64,000 bases of DNA from a virus (lineage: Duplodnaviria > Heunggongvirae > Uroviricota > Caudoviricetes). The translations under genes were made by a program, and so were the position numbers. How positions within the stretch are numbered: position 1 is the stretch's first letter; each line of letters opens with the position of its first letter. The stretch lies in the IMG/VR virus record IMGVR_UViG_3300021142_000006. One strand, written 5' to 3'. Below the pieces are notes generated by a model, which was given only the letters and a program-made list of their open reading frames with translations, had not been told where the DNA came from and did no database searches. This document shows, piece after piece, positions 8,559-19,351 of this stretch.

Positions 8559-9146
8559 TTATGTGTGCAAATCTTTGCCAATCAAATTGCATAGGAATGT
8601 GCTAACTAATTCTGCTTCTGGGTTTCTCCAGGCATGATTAAGATAAACATCAGCATTCGCATGGTAGTGGTAATGGTTAAGTTTAAGATGTTCCTCAGCG
8701 GCCTTGGCTGTTAAGAAACAATTGGTATATTCTGGTACTAATGAGTATGAATATACCTCAAGATCTGGAACTCGTTCCTCTAACCAATCTTTAAGGTCAT
8801 CTTGCCATGAGTATTCGGAACGGTTATCCCACATCTCTTTAACTTCCGCCTCAACGAATTCGACATTAGAATCATTCAGGTAGTTAATAAGTTGTTCGAC
8901 TGTTTCTATCTCAATACCATTACCTCTATCCAAAAAGATGTGAATGTCTCCATTCAATTCAGCATCGTATACCTTTTTCCAATTTCTAATTTGAAATATA
9001 TGGGGCATACGAGTGCATCTTGGGTTTTGTGTGGTCATTTCCGTTGCAAGTTCAATTAACTTGCCATACATTTCATCGGATATTTCAATTGTTTTTGACA
9101 TTGTGTTTTTATTTATTTTGCAAATATACGGATAATCTTTCATCAA
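8559..9146 (-). CDS. hypothetical protein
   Basis: 195-aa ORF. Confidence 0.55.
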   Translation of the reverse strand: MMKDYPYICKINKNTMSKTIEISDEMYGKLIELATEMTTQNPRCTRMPHIFQIRNWKKVYDAELNGDIHIFLDRGNGIEIETVEQLINYLNDSNVEFVEAEVKEMWDNRSEYSWQDDLKDWLEERVPDLEVYSYSLVPEYTNCFLTAKAAEEHLKLNHYHYHANADVYLNHAWRNPEAELVSTFLCNLIGKDLHT

Positions 9147-9732
9147 CCTTTAATATATCATTTTTAATTTTTAGTTGAGCATTCTCATCCTCAACTTCAG
9201 TAAAGGTTTTGTCATATAAATCAATTAGTTTATAATATTCCTCTTCAGTTACTTGTTCTTCAACTGTCGCTGATTTTATAAAATATTGAATACCACGAGT
9301 ATATTCGGTATAATTAAAGGTATATACTTTTGGAATATTAAAAAACAGTATTTTTTTATTTATAGTAACATAACCAACTTTATCAGTTTGACCTATTGTC
9401 AAATATCTCCTGTAAATATTTAACGGTGGCATATCTGAAAAGTTTATGGTTAGCATTGGAATAGTACACTCAATAGGCTCATTATTTTTTTGAAGTTCTT
9501 CATGAAAAGTATTGAGTATAGTTGATTTAATCTTATCACTAACTTTGGGTTGAATGGTTGAGCTATCAATATTATAATCCCTTTTATGGGAATAAAAAGT
9601 TTCATAACCTGTACCAAAGGTCTTTTGGATATCTTTTTTTGAGATTACCATTTGATTATAAATTACCATTTGATTATAAAATGATTTGTCATTCAGGCAA
9701 AAGCTTGCCAATTGTATTAATTTTTCTTTCAT
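9109..9732 (-). CDS. hypothetical protein, paralogue of 11607..12173
   Basis: Shares an N-terminal L..L..FCLNDK.FY motif and a C-terminal TFNY...E..L..LF..K block with 11607..12173. Confidence 0.55.
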   Translation of the reverse strand: MKEKLIQLASFCLNDKSFYNQMVIYNQMVISKKDIQKTFGTGYETFYSHKRDYNIDSSTIQPKVSDKIKSTILNTFHEELQKNNEPIECTIPMLTINFSDMPPLNIYRRYLTIGQTDKVGYVTINKKILFFNIPKVYTFNYTEYTRGIQYFIKSATVEEQVTEEEYYKLIDLYDKTFTEVEDENAQLKIKNDILKVDERLSVYLQNK

Positions 9733-9896
9733 ATATTAATATTTGTAAATTTTGGTATCATAATATAAAGGTAAACAATTTTTTTAATTCAAACAAATAT
9801 AGAGGGAGAATTTTTGTTATTTTTATTGATTTTGAACACAAAGATATGTGTTTTTAACCGAAATACCAAATATTTATATAAAATTCTTCATTACAA

Positions 9897-11090
9897 ATGT
9901 CAAAATTTAAACTTTCAGAAGAACAAATTAACAGATTATTGGAAATTGCTGATGATTCAGAACTTAGCGAAGAACAACTTGCTGAGAAAAAGGATGCGTG
10001 TTACTATAAGGTTAAGAGCAGATACAAGGTATGGCCATCTGCTTATGCCAGTGGTGCATTGGTTAAATGTCGCAAAGCTGGGGCAAGCAATTGGGGTAGC
10101 AAATCTGAAGGTTTGGAAGAAACCGATGAAGAAATTGCTGAAAAATGGACAAAAAAGTACAAGAAAAGTATAGATTGTTCACATCCAAAGGGTTTTAGTC
10201 AAAAAGCTCATTGTGCTGGCAGAAAGAAAAGACAAGCTGGTGGTGAAACCAGTTCAAAATCTGTGAGTGAAGCTGAATTTTCAAGTCCTGAAATTGTATA
10301 TCACGGTGGTGACAAAAAAATTACCAAATTGGATCCTGATTCTATTAGAGGTGGGTTAAGAGCTAATTTAGGTTGGGGTACATATTTTTCATCGAGCGTA
10401 TATAAAGCTAAAGACTACGGTAAAGAAATTACTAAATTAGATATATCTAATCTTAATATTTTAGATTTAAATGATAAGATAGATGAAACATTAGTAAATA
10501 ATATCGAACAAATAGCAAAAGAAACCATGGATATTAATATCCATTTAGGTTCTATGTATGATTTTATTGCTGATATTTTTAAAAAATTGATTGGTCGTGA
10601 ATCTATATGGTATGGGTGGAGAATATTTAGTAATAAAATAAGCTGGGATACAGATAAACTTTGGTCGGAGCTTATTTTAAAGTTAGGTTATGATGGTATG
10701 CAGCAAGGACATTATGAATATGTAATATTCAATTTTGAAAAGGCAAATCAATATCTTATCGATGATACAACCGAATTGAATGATATGGATGAAGCAAAGA
10801 AAACGGATTATTCAAAGGAGAAATCCCAGGGTTTACATGGTTGGTTTTCAAGAAAAGGTGGCGGAGGATCAAAAGGTTGGGTTGATTGTAATACATGCAA
10901 AACTAATCCATCTGGAAGAAAGACCTGCAAAGCCTGTGGTAGAAAACCTGGAGAGAATAGAAAATATCCAGCTTGCAGACCAACACCAGCATCTTGTGGT
11001 ACGCCTAAAAAGGGTAGCAAATGGGGTAAGAAATCTAATGAGTCTTTGAATGAGTCTTTGGATAGAATGAAAGATATGATTAATTATTGA
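9897..11090 (+). CDS. hypothetical protein with Lys/Gly/Cys-rich C-terminal tail
   Basis: 397-aa plus-strand ORF within the minus-strand array. It has a KVWPSAYASGALVKCRK motif, and the C-terminus has several CxxC pairs in a K/G-rich tract. Confidence 0.6.
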   Translation: MSKFKLSEEQINRLLEIADDSELSEEQLAEKKDACYYKVKSRYKVWPSAYASGALVKCRKAGASNWGSKSEGLEETDEEIAEKWTKKYKKSIDCSHPKGFSQKAHCAGRKKRQAGGETSSKSVSEAEFSSPEIVYHGGDKKITKLDPDSIRGGLRANLGWGTYFSSSVYKAKDYGKEITKLDISNLNILDLNDKIDETLVNNIEQIAKETMDINIHLGSMYDFIADIFKKLIGRESIWYGWRIFSNKISWDTDKLWSELILKLGYDGMQQGHYEYVIFNFEKANQYLIDDTTELNDMDEAKKTDYSKEKSQGLHGWFSRKGGGGSKGWVDCNTCKTNPSGRKTCKACGRKPGENRKYPACRPTPASCGTPKKGSKWGKKSNESLNESLDRMKDMINY

Positions 11091-11596
11091 TATCTATTGA
11101 TATTTCTTTTAATCAAATCTGGATATTTTTTATAATTTATTTTTTCACTATATAAATCAAAGATTATTTCTTTGATCCAAATATTTTCTTCCCACTTATA
11201 ACACACAAATCTTATAGTTGTTGGTTTAATATTTTTATTATAACTATCATTATAATGAATGTAATATTTTTGACCATTTGGATGTTCATTAATCTCTATT
11301 TCAAAATCATCCAATTTAAATACAAGACGGTTATAAGCACCATAACGAATACCGTCTTGTCCGTTACAAAGTTCACTATCGAAATCATTTTCAACATAAA
11401 CAATAATGTATTCTAAATCCAATCCAAGTTGTTTGGATAGTAGATTAGTTGGTGTTAACTCTGTTAATTGTATTGATTTTTTATTATGCAAATCAACGAT
11501 AATATCCTCATAACAATAGAATCTTTTATCATCAGAGTATAATACCTCACCAGTATGGCGTATACCTAATAAATTGAAAATTTTGATATTGGACAT
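11084..11596 (-). CDS. hypothetical protein
   Basis: 170-aa ORF. Confidence 0.55.
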   Translation of the reverse strand: MSNIKIFNLLGIRHTGEVLYSDDKRFYCYEDIIVDLHNKKSIQLTELTPTNLLSKQLGLDLEYIIVYVENDFDSELCNGQDGIRYGAYNRLVFKLDDFEIEINEHPNGQKYYIHYNDSYNKNIKPTTIRFVCYKWEENIWIKEIIFDLYSEKINYKKYPDLIKRNINRYQ

Positions 11597-11606
11597 TTAT
11601 GTAATG

Positions 11607-12173
11607 TTATTGATAATTGCTTAGTCTTTTGCTAATTTTTTCCCTATCAGCCTCTTCTCGAAGTATTTTCTTATTATCTTCAAATAATTTGACCAATTCT
11701 AAAAATTGTTCATGTGTTATTTCTTCTTTAATTGAACCGCAAGATATATAATATTTCTTAACCACGAAATTTGCAACATAGTTAAATGTATATTCGATTT
11801 CTTTCTTAAAGAAAGGGAATTTTTTATCTATGGTAAATTTAGCATCAAATGGTTTACTCTCGTTAACTTTAAAGGCATCAAATATATTGATTGGCGGCTG
11901 ATCTTCAAAATTTATTTCTAAACAAGACTCTGGTGATAATCTTTTAGATAAATCAAATGTCTTTCTGATTGATTGATACATTTTAGATTTTAAATCTAAG
12001 ATATATTTGTTTTTAATAGTTGGTTGAATAGAATCAAAATCTATATCACATCTAATCGCATCTGAACCGTAATCATCTACAAAATAACGTTTAATAGATT
12101 TCTTTTTTGATTTTGATAAATAAAAATCTTTATCGTTTAAGCAAAATTTTACCAATTTTAATAAATCTGACAT
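11607..12173 (-). CDS. hypothetical protein, paralogue of 9109..9732
   Basis: Shares conserved N- and C-terminal blocks with 9109..9732. Confidence 0.55.
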   Translation of the reverse strand: MSDLLKLVKFCLNDKDFYLSKSKKKSIKRYFVDDYGSDAIRCDIDFDSIQPTIKNKYILDLKSKMYQSIRKTFDLSKRLSPESCLEINFEDQPPINIFDAFKVNESKPFDAKFTIDKKFPFFKKEIEYTFNYVANFVVKKYYISCGSIKEEITHEQFLELVKLFEDNKKILREEADREKISKRLSNYQ

Positions 12174-12299
12174 ATTATTATATTTTATATTAATTAATAA
12201 GTGATGTGAAGGTTAGATATCCAAATAAGAATATACAAACAAAAAACATTATATATAATAATGCAAGTGGCAAGTCTTCAAGCCAGAATCGAGATTTTC

Positions 12300-12596
12300 T
12301 CATATGGAACCATTTTTTTCGTTATAAAATTTAATAAAGGCATTAACACCATGATAGGCATTTTCCAAGAAAGAATCATAAAAATCTGAATCAATTATCA
12401 TTTTCCAGTTTGATGAATATACTTGGAATTGTCGCTTTGATATAGTTGGATGATAACCAAGTGATTCAATTTTTTCTAATACAGTAAATAATAGATTCCA
12501 ATCCTTATGTACAGGATATGTTTCATCAAAATTATCAAGAAGGGTATCATCGGTGATGTAACCCATAAATTTGGCAATAAGTTTATTTTTGTTCAT
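12300..12596 (-). CDS. hypothetical protein
   Basis: 98-aa ORF. Confidence 0.45.
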   Translation of the reverse strand: MNKNKLIAKFMGYITDDTLLDNFDETYPVHKDWNLLFTVLEKIESLGYHPTISKRQFQVYSSNWKMIIDSDFYDSFLENAYHGVNAFIKFYNEKNGSI

Positions 12597-12598
12597 TT

Positions 12599-12997
12599 TT
12601 AATGATTTAAAAAATCGTTTGTTTCATCCTCAGTTAAAAAGATATTAAGATAAGGTTCAATTGCTTGGGCATATTCGGTGAAGTCTTTAAAGTCTGATTT
12701 ATCAATCTTTCCAAGATTATAATAATCCAAATCTGTTGTATAATCAACTGGTGTGAAACCACAACCGATCCAATCAGGAGTTGCCAAAAGGCAAAAACCT
12801 GGAGCGCCATTGCACCACCAGGTCATAACACCATTGAAGTCCATATAACATTCCCAACCTTTATAGGTTGCTTTTACGAATGTATCTAACCAAGTTTCGG
12901 TTGTTGTATTGTTTGATATGTTCATAAGATTTTGTTTGAGAACATAAAGATATGAAACAATTTTGGAACAACCAAATTTATTTTTCAAGAGCAGCAA
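12599..12997 (-). CDS. hypothetical protein
   Basis: 132-aa ORF. Confidence 0.5.
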   Translation of the reverse strand: MLLLKNKFGCSKIVSYLYVLKQNLMNISNNTTTETWLDTFVKATYKGWECYMDFNGVMTWWCNGAPGFCLLATPDWIGCGFTPVDYTTDLDYYNLGKIDKSDFKDFTEYAQAIEPYLNIFLTEDETNDFLNH

Positions 12998-13175
12998 TCT
13001 TTGCTTTTATTTCATGCCACTCCTTTTGTATTTTATTGGTTTCATCAATAAGTTTCAATAATCGTGGGTGATTACCACCCATGAACATAGCAATATCCTT
13101 TTGAAATTTAAAGTTTTCCCAATAATTACCAGCAAGAATAATCTCAGCCTCTTTTAATGTTTGAAGTTCTGTCAT
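12978..13175 (-). CDS. hypothetical protein
   Basis: 65-aa ORF. Confidence 0.4.
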   Translation of the reverse strand: MTELQTLKEAEIILAGNYWENFKFQKDIAMFMGGNHPRLLKLIDETNKIQKEWHEIKAKIAALEK

Positions 13176-13177
13176 GA

Positions 13178-13459
13178 TTAAACGAAGTTGACCATTTTAC
13201 AGCAGGTATCGAAATCAAATTCCCTTAGCATTTTATTTGCTTTTGAAAGGTATTCATTGCGAGAATAACCTGGGTTGTCCCATGATTCATAAAACCAACC
13301 GCATTGGTCTTCGTGTGCAAAATGACATTGTTTTGAATGAAGCAGGTCAGCCAGACGTTGAGCTGGGCTTAACTTTTTAACGTATTCAAGTTGTTCTAAG
13401 AGTTCTTTTTTCTTAGCTTCCAATTCTTGGATTTGTTTATTAATTGATTCTAATGTCAT
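13178..13459 (-). CDS. hypothetical protein (coiled-coil N-terminus)
   Basis: 93-aa ORF. Confidence 0.45.
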   Translation of the reverse strand: MTLESINKQIQELEAKKKELLEQLEYVKKLSPAQRLADLLHSKQCHFAHEDQCGWFYESWDNPGYSRNEYLSKANKMLREFDFDTCCKMVNFV

Positions 13460-13470
13460 ATTATTTATTA

Positions 13471-13737
13471 TTAAATTAATTTAACTTTTTCGCCATATTC
13501 AGTGAGTGAATAATCAATATCGGATATTAGATTCCTGAAAATCAATGTGCATATTAATGGTTCAATCAAAGTATGAATTTTTTTACCAATTCTGATATGG
13601 TAGGTGACTTTATCAAAATCATCTTGCCAAATGAAACTACCGTTGCGCATTGCTTCAATAATATTCTTTTGATATATTGGCAACTCTGTTGGTATCTTTG
13701 GATCGTTTCCGAATCGTTGTAGTTTATTAAATTCCAT
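13471..13737 (-). CDS. hypothetical protein
   Basis: 88-aa ORF. Confidence 0.45.
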   Translation of the reverse strand: MEFNKLQRFGNDPKIPTELPIYQKNIIEAMRNGSFIWQDDFDKVTYHIRIGKKIHTLIEPLICTLIFRNLISDIDYSLTEYGEKVKLI

Positions 13738-14225
13738 ATCTTTTAAAATGCTATTGGTAATTCATTCCAGTTTGTTGTATATGCAGGTGAAACAAAATCA
13801 CGTCTTGTTTTAGTATTAATGTTAATCATACAAACCTTTTGGTTGGTACACGTTTATGAATATCAGACGATGTTTTTTGTCTAAGTGGTTTCCTGGCCTT
13901 TTCTTCCATTTCAATATTGCGTTCCCACATGGCATTTTGTTTGCGCATAACTTTTAAAAAGTAATCTCTGCGCTTTTCATATTCTGTTGCGTTCATAATA
14001 CAAAGATATGGAAACTAATTTAACTTTCCAAAAGTTTTAATGCCAATCTAAATAATTTTGAATCTGGATTGCCATAAAAATCCCATGGATCGTAAATACC
14101 TAATGTTAAAACATATAACATTGCCTCAAAAACAAATCAAACAAATAGTATCAAGCCAAGCAATCTTTTAAACCAACGGAATAAAAATATCATAAATTAT
14201 ATAATTTTTAGAACTTAGAATAAGT

Positions 14226-14519
14226 TCATTGGTGATGTATGTATCTAAAATATATTACTGTTAATACTAACAATAAATTTATAAATATTCCGAATAATGT
14301 GGTATAATATGCCCATTTTTGGTCTTTACAACACACCCTATAAAAGTTTGCCCAAAGTATAAGAGCTATGGTAACAAATATCCAACCTTGCAAGGATTGC
14401 CCATTTGCACTGTGTTCTGTCCACATTCTATGTATCTGGGATATGTTTGCACCCTCCAATAAAAAAACCGTAATAACAGGCGTTTTATCGACAATATTTT
14501 GATTGTTAATTATATTCAT
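14226..14519 (-). CDS. small multi-pass membrane protein
   Basis: 97 aa with three hydrophobic segments and conserved Trp residues. Confidence 0.45.
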   Translation of the reverse strand: MNIINNQNIVDKTPVITVFLLEGANISQIHRMWTEHSANGQSLQGWIFVTIALILWANFYRVCCKDQKWAYYTTLFGIFINLLLVLTVIYFRYIHHQ

Positions 14520-14625
14520 ATAGTTGAGAATGATAGGTATATCGCTAACGCAATAACTATAAGGATAATCAAACCAATCGGCAAATCCTCATTCCAAAAT
14601 TTTTTATCACTCATTAATATACCAT

Positions 14626-14811
14626 TTAAAGGTAAAAAAAACCACCACCATTAGAACTGAATAAGGAAACAAAGCCGCCTTGAGGAACATATAATTCATC
14701 GCCAAAAAATCCACGAAGTAGTTCTGGTGTGAATGATATTAACATCGCCAAAGCGAATAAGGTAATGATTCTTAATGAGAGCCATTCCCAATCTGTAATT
14801 ATTTTTTTCAT
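14626..14811 (-). CDS. small membrane protein
   Basis: Hydrophobic 61-aa ORF. Confidence 0.35.
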   Translation of the reverse strand: MKKIITDWEWLSLRIITLFALAMLISFTPELLRGFFGDELYVPQGGFVSLFSSNGGGFFYL

Positions 14812-14812
14812 A

Positions 14813-15028
14813 TTATTTATTTAATCTGTAATTATCGTAAACTTTTGATATTATATTATATGTCCATTTGAACCAAATAATTAAAATCCGCAATAGTAAA
14901 ACACCTACCATTATTAACTCAGATATTAAAAGATGATAAATAAACATCCAACCAAGAAATGTGAGTATTGAACATGTTAATATTAACAATAAAAATGTTA
15001 ATAAACCTTTAAAAATTTTGTGTTTCAT
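14813..15028 (-). CDS. small membrane protein
   Basis: Hydrophobic 71-aa ORF. Confidence 0.4.
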   Translation of the reverse strand: MKHKIFKGLLTFLLLILTCSILTFLGWMFIYHLLISELIMVGVLLLRILIIWFKWTYNIISKVYDNYRLNK

Positions 15029-15039
15029 ATATATTTTTA

Positions 15040-15375
15040 TTAATGATAATCTGGTTCGTTATTTTCAACTTCACTATTTATTTCATTTATCCACTTATTG
15101 AAGGGTATAATAAATTTATCTTCAACCAAAAGAACGATATAATAAATTCCAGCAAAAGCCAAACCTATCAAACCAATTGGCGTTAAAAAAATCCATGGTT
15201 GGTTTTTGAAATTATTAGACCTACTTAATATATCAAAAGCGAAAGCAAAAGCGAAAGCATAAGCAAGAATGGACGAAAAAATACAATAAGGATAAATATA
15301 ATCCTTAATTGTTAGAAATAAAATTAAGTTTACAACAACATAAATGATATTCCAAAATATAGCACTTATTCTCAT
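15040..15375 (-). CDS. membrane protein
   Basis: 111-aa ORF with several TM segments. Confidence 0.45.
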   Translation of the reverse strand: MRISAIFWNIIYVVVNLILFLTIKDYIYPYCIFSSILAYAFAFAFAFDILSRSNNFKNQPWIFLTPIGLIGLAFAGIYYIVLLVEDKFIIPFNKWINEINSEVENNEPDYH

Positions 15376-15382
15376 ATATTAT

Positions 15383-15820
15383 TTATTTAAATATTTCGTA
15401 TTTTGTTTTGATGATAGTTTTTATCTCAAGCAATCTGGAACCAGTTTGTTGATGAAAACTTTTATTTGCAAGAGCTTTGAACTCATTAGCCCATATGTGT
15501 TCCAATTCCTCTTTGGTATTAGCTGTCTTAACCAATTGCTCAATCATATCAGCCTCTCTATAAAACTTTTGAGCATAACGACCAAGAGATAACAACATTG
15601 TTCCCAAACTACCCATAACAGTACCTAATGTAAGATAAAAAGCAATTGGGTCTTTAAGATGATTTGATAGTTTATCAGCATTTGATGTAGATAAAAGATT
15701 ATCCATACTTGTCCATATTAAAAAGAACATAATTGTACATACAATACAAAAAATAACCCATACTTTGAATAGGTGAAGATTTTCAAAAAAGTGATCAAAA
15801 TAATTGTTTATCTTTTTCAT
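15383..15820 (-). CDS. membrane protein
   Basis: 145-aa ORF with TM segments. Confidence 0.45.
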   Translation of the reverse strand: MKKINNYFDHFFENLHLFKVWVIFCIVCTIMFFLIWTSMDNLLSTSNADKLSNHLKDPIAFYLTLGTVMGSLGTMLLSLGRYAQKFYREADMIEQLVKTANTKEELEHIWANEFKALANKSFHQQTGSRLLEIKTIIKTKYEIFK

Positions 15821-15883
15821 AAATCAAAGATATGCTATGTTTTTATAAAAAACGAATATTTCTTTTAGTAATAGATAACTTTC

Positions 15884-16081
15884 TTATTCCCAAACAGGTG
15901 TGTCACGAACATTATTTGGTAATGAATCAGGGATTTTGCTATGGTCAAGTATTACCAATGAGTCAATATTTTTTTTATAATATTGATCCGCATCTTTATG
16001 TGTATTGCATGATGTAAAAATCACAGTCCAAATGAATATTAACATAATAAGGAGGACTAAAGCTAATGTATTTTGTTTCAT
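15884..16081 (-). CDS. small lipoprotein
   Basis: Signal peptide with an FTSC lipobox. Confidence 0.45.
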   Translation of the reverse strand: MKQNTLALVLLIMLIFIWTVIFTSCNTHKDADQYYKKNIDSLVILDHSKIPDSLPNNVRDTPVWE

Positions 16082-16315
16082 ATATTTTATTTTTGATTAT
16101 AATACTAATAAATCTACGCTGAATATTCTATCTTCATCAGTACCGATTGTTTTTATCTGAACCTTTTCCAGTTGAAAATCGTTCACAACACATACTTGAT
16201 TGAAATCATTTAAGATTGCTTCTATTTGCAATTCTACAGCTATTTTAGCTTGTTGAAATTCTTTAACTGTCATAGCACAAAATTAATATAAATAAAATTA
16301 CTAAACAAATATTTA

Positions 16316-17353
16316 TTAATTTAATATTTGATGCGTAAGTTTATTCCAATCTTTAGATTTGATAAGTGTTTCATGAAAAGCGTATCTTATTTTCATGTTA
16401 TTAACTTTACCAGTATCTTTAAGTTTATTATAATCGATTTTAAGCAATTTGCAGACCTTTCTGAGGCCTCTGGTTGCTTGTGGGTAACTTATGTTACGAA
16501 AATCTTTCCATGACTTGTAATGGCTTTCTAATTTGATTCCCTTTGCCGTTAAGTCAAAGCAGTATTTGTAAATAGCCATGGCTAAATCGATGTTTGTTTC
16601 CAACTCATCAGCATTTTTGGGCATACCAAAGAAACGAAACTCAATTGTACCGAATTCTGGTCTTACAGTTATTGCCCATTTCTTTATATCAATACTAAGA
16701 TTGGCGCTACGCATCAAACCATCTTTTTTTATTTGAACAATATCTTTATTCAATGAATTATTGATAATGTTATTGATGGCATTTAAATTATCGTTTGGAT
16801 CATTAAATGTCCATGGAATCCATGGATTATTGATTATAAAGGTATTGAGATTATGAACAAATAATGAAAATGGAGCAAAAAATACTGAAGAGGTTGGTTC
16901 CGAACCCATGCCCAATTTATTTAATGTTTCATCGGTGTGATTAAATATCTTTTTAAGCCACAAATTCAATTCTACACCATATCCTAACTTAGTGAATATA
17001 CCAGTATAGTCTATATGAATATGTCCGCCCCCTTCAAAATTATTATTAAATGAACGACTTGATTCTATATAACCATATTCATCCATTAATTTTGATAACT
17101 TGGTGAATTGATCAAGCAATAATTTTTTATTCACAACCTTAACAGTTGGAATTTCAATATTATATGGGTCAACATCAATCTCTCTGAATTGGTCAAGCTT
17201 AGCAAATTTGGTCATGAACTTTTTATTCTTAGTAAGTTCAGTTTTGTCTAAGTAAGATCCGTTGTCATCAATATTTTTTTGACGTTCCTTATTCTTTAAT
17301 CTCCAGGTTGATTCAAAACCAAACCTAATATTTTTTGGATATTCAATTAACAT
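16316..17353 (-). CDS. putative amidoligase / carboxylate-amine ligase-like enzyme
   Basis: The GGGHIHIDYTG and TIEFRFFGMP blocks are reminiscent of GCS2/amidoligase signature regions. The assignment is weak. Confidence 0.3.
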   Translation of the reverse strand: MLIEYPKNIRFGFESTWRLKNKERQKNIDDNGSYLDKTELTKNKKFMTKFAKLDQFREIDVDPYNIEIPTVKVVNKKLLLDQFTKLSKLMDEYGYIESSRSFNNNFEGGGHIHIDYTGIFTKLGYGVELNLWLKKIFNHTDETLNKLGMGSEPTSSVFFAPFSLFVHNLNTFIINNPWIPWTFNDPNDNLNAINNIINNSLNKDIVQIKKDGLMRSANLSIDIKKWAITVRPEFGTIEFRFFGMPKNADELETNIDLAMAIYKYCFDLTAKGIKLESHYKSWKDFRNISYPQATRGLRKVCKLLKIDYNKLKDTGKVNNMKIRYAFHETLIKSKDWNKLTHQILN

Positions 17354-17557
17354 AAAATCGTTTTGTCGTACAAAGATACAACAAAACGAATTAGCAACAA
17401 AATAAAATTTGGGATATTTTATTTTTTGATGTTTTTATTTTTTTCAGTGTTTAGGGCTATCTTATCAAGATTATCGATAATCCATCTTAACATCTCAAGC
17501 TGGTTATCGCCATCCATATAAATTTTATATGCGGCTGGGAACCTTATCTTAAAGTTC

Positions 17558-18001
17558 TCAATTGTTTTCTGCGTTTGATCCATATAATGTTAATGTGTTA
17601 TTAGTACCATTAGTATAATAATAAAAGTTATATATATCATTATGAATTGATATAGGTTTTTTATCGCATTTGGCTTTATTCTTAATTGGGTTGATGATTC
17701 TGTAAATAAAATCAAGCTTCTGAGTTTTATCCGAAGCCTTTTTCATTGCTGTCTCATAAAATTCACTGCCAACATTTGTTCCTAACCATTGCAACATACT
17801 CATTGCGACCTTTATCTCATTGTTGGTCAAATAACCCCTGGGATGATTAATGATTTTATTGAGTGTGTGTTTCGATTTAAATTGATTATTAAATTCATCA
17901 ACCAAATAATGTTCTGGTATATGCCATATTTGACCATATTCATCCTTCATTTCAAGTCTATTGGTATTGAAACCAACAAATTTCCATTTTTTCTGATTCA
18001 T
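17558..18001 (-). CDS. hypothetical protein
   Basis: 147-aa ORF. Confidence 0.5.
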   Translation of the reverse strand: MNQKKWKFVGFNTNRLEMKDEYGQIWHIPEHYLVDEFNNQFKSKHTLNKIINHPRGYLTNNEIKVAMSMLQWLGTNVGSEFYETAMKKASDKTQKLDFIYRIINPIKNKAKCDKKPISIHNDIYNFYYYTNGTNNTLTLYGSNAENN

Positions 18002-18004
18002 ATA

Positions 18005-18556
18005 CTAAAAATTAAAATCAAAACAATCGTTTATACTATCAGCATCACCTGGCATTAATCCCCACTCATCATCATCACGATCACCACCAGGATGATGTTT
18101 ACATAAAACGGTTTCATCAAGATGGGATTTGAATTGCTTTGCCCATTTATTGAAAGCAAAATCTGGAACATGCATAATCTTGCCGCCACCAATATAAGTT
18201 AATGATGCATATGTTTTTTCATCATGTGTCATTTCTTCTGGCACATCAATATTTTCCAATTCTTCACCATCATTCTTTAACATACGATAATGTTCTCTTG
18301 TGATATCATTGGACATCTTCTTGAGGTCTTTGGATAAATTAAAACCTTTGTCATGGAGCCAATAGATATATGATCTATCTTCATGAAGTGTTTCAGCCAT
18401 TGTTTTATCCTTATGTTTACCAAACCATAATTTGGTTTCTGGTTCAAGACGAACCCTGAAATTAAGCAGAAATTCTTCATCCCTATCTTTTGGAATGAAG
18501 ACTTCACCACTATCGATATCCAAATACTTGTTATCTTTGTATATTAAATGTCCCAT
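18005..18556 (-). CDS. hypothetical protein
   Basis: 183-aa ORF. Confidence 0.5.
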   Translation of the reverse strand: MGHLIYKDNKYLDIDSGEVFIPKDRDEEFLLNFRVRLEPETKLWFGKHKDKTMAETLHEDRSYIYWLHDKGFNLSKDLKKMSNDITREHYRMLKNDGEELENIDVPEEMTHDEKTYASLTYIGGGKIMHVPDFAFNKWAKQFKSHLDETVLCKHHPGGDRDDDEWGLMPGDADSINDCFDFNF

Positions 18557-18557
18557 A

Positions 18558-18770
18558 TTATTTAACTAAGACTTCTGTGTCAACAACATACATTTTCCAA
18601 TCAGGTTTATTCTCCTTATAATACTTCTCAATCTTGGTCATGGCTTCTTGTCCACTTTCCGCTTCGACTGGGTGTATTTTTATTCTTTCCTGGCCATATA
18701 AATGACCGTGAAGTGTTGGATGAATAAACTTTTTCTTGGCCATTACTTGAACAATATATAATTCTGGCAT
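18558..18770 (-). CDS. hypothetical protein
   Basis: 70-aa ORF, overlapping ATGA-type junction. Confidence 0.4.
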   Translation of the reverse strand: MPELYIVQVMAKKKFIHPTLHGHLYGQERIKIHPVEAESGQEAMTKIEKYYKENKPDWKMYVVDTEVLVK

Positions 18771-19351
18771 TACTTATATAATTTATGCGGTCTACCTTGT
18801 ACCTTTTTTTTATGATTTATGAGAAACTCAGTGTAGGACATATCCATATGTTTCTTTAATTTACGGATAATAGTTAGAACATTTTTGATCTCTGTTTGGT
18901 TTTTATTTCTATTAACCATAAGTTCACTCAAATATTCATTTTCGCTTTTCATCTTTGACTTGATATAATTCTTATATGAATTGAATGACTTTTGAGGGTT
19001 ATTCATATTAATATGAGATTTATATGTAACAGGATTATTATACTCTGGTTTAAATCGCATGATCATTGCGGTTTCAATTGCTCTGGATAAATCAGAATTA
19101 CCGATTATTGCATATTCACATTTATTCCAATGTTTCTTGTTGTTTGGATTATATGAAGAATGTGTTCTAATTCTTTTTTTAAGATTCTCACTGAAACCAA
19201 TATAAACGATTTTATTGTTTCTCATGAGCCAATACACACCACAGTTTTGTGGGTTCGTTTTCCATAATATATGCTGGATATCAATACGCCTGTATTGTTC
19301 GAATTTAATCCTTTTGGAGCCAACATGCTCTTTTGTTAATTTTTTTATCAT
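18770..19351 (-). CDS. GIY-YIG nuclease-domain protein
   Basis: GVYWLMRNNKIVYIGFSENLKKRIRTH matches GIY...YIG...R...H spacing. Confidence 0.6.
   Translation of the reverse strand: MIKKLTKEHVGSKRIKFEQYRRIDIQHILWKTNPQNCGVYWLMRNNKIVYIGFSENLKKRIRTHSSYNPNNKKHWNKCEYAIIGNSDLSRAIETAMIMRFKPEYNNPVTYKSHINMNNPQKSFNSYKNYIKSKMKSENEYLSELMVNRNKNQTEIKNVLTIIRKLKKHMDMSYTEFLINHKKKVQGRPHKLYK

Noticed and set aside
10780-11049. Nested ORFs 10780..11049 (+) and 10808..11020 (-) within 9897..11090
   Set aside because: Fully contained in the longer ORF. The G/P-rich translation reflects the K/G-rich codons of the real frame.
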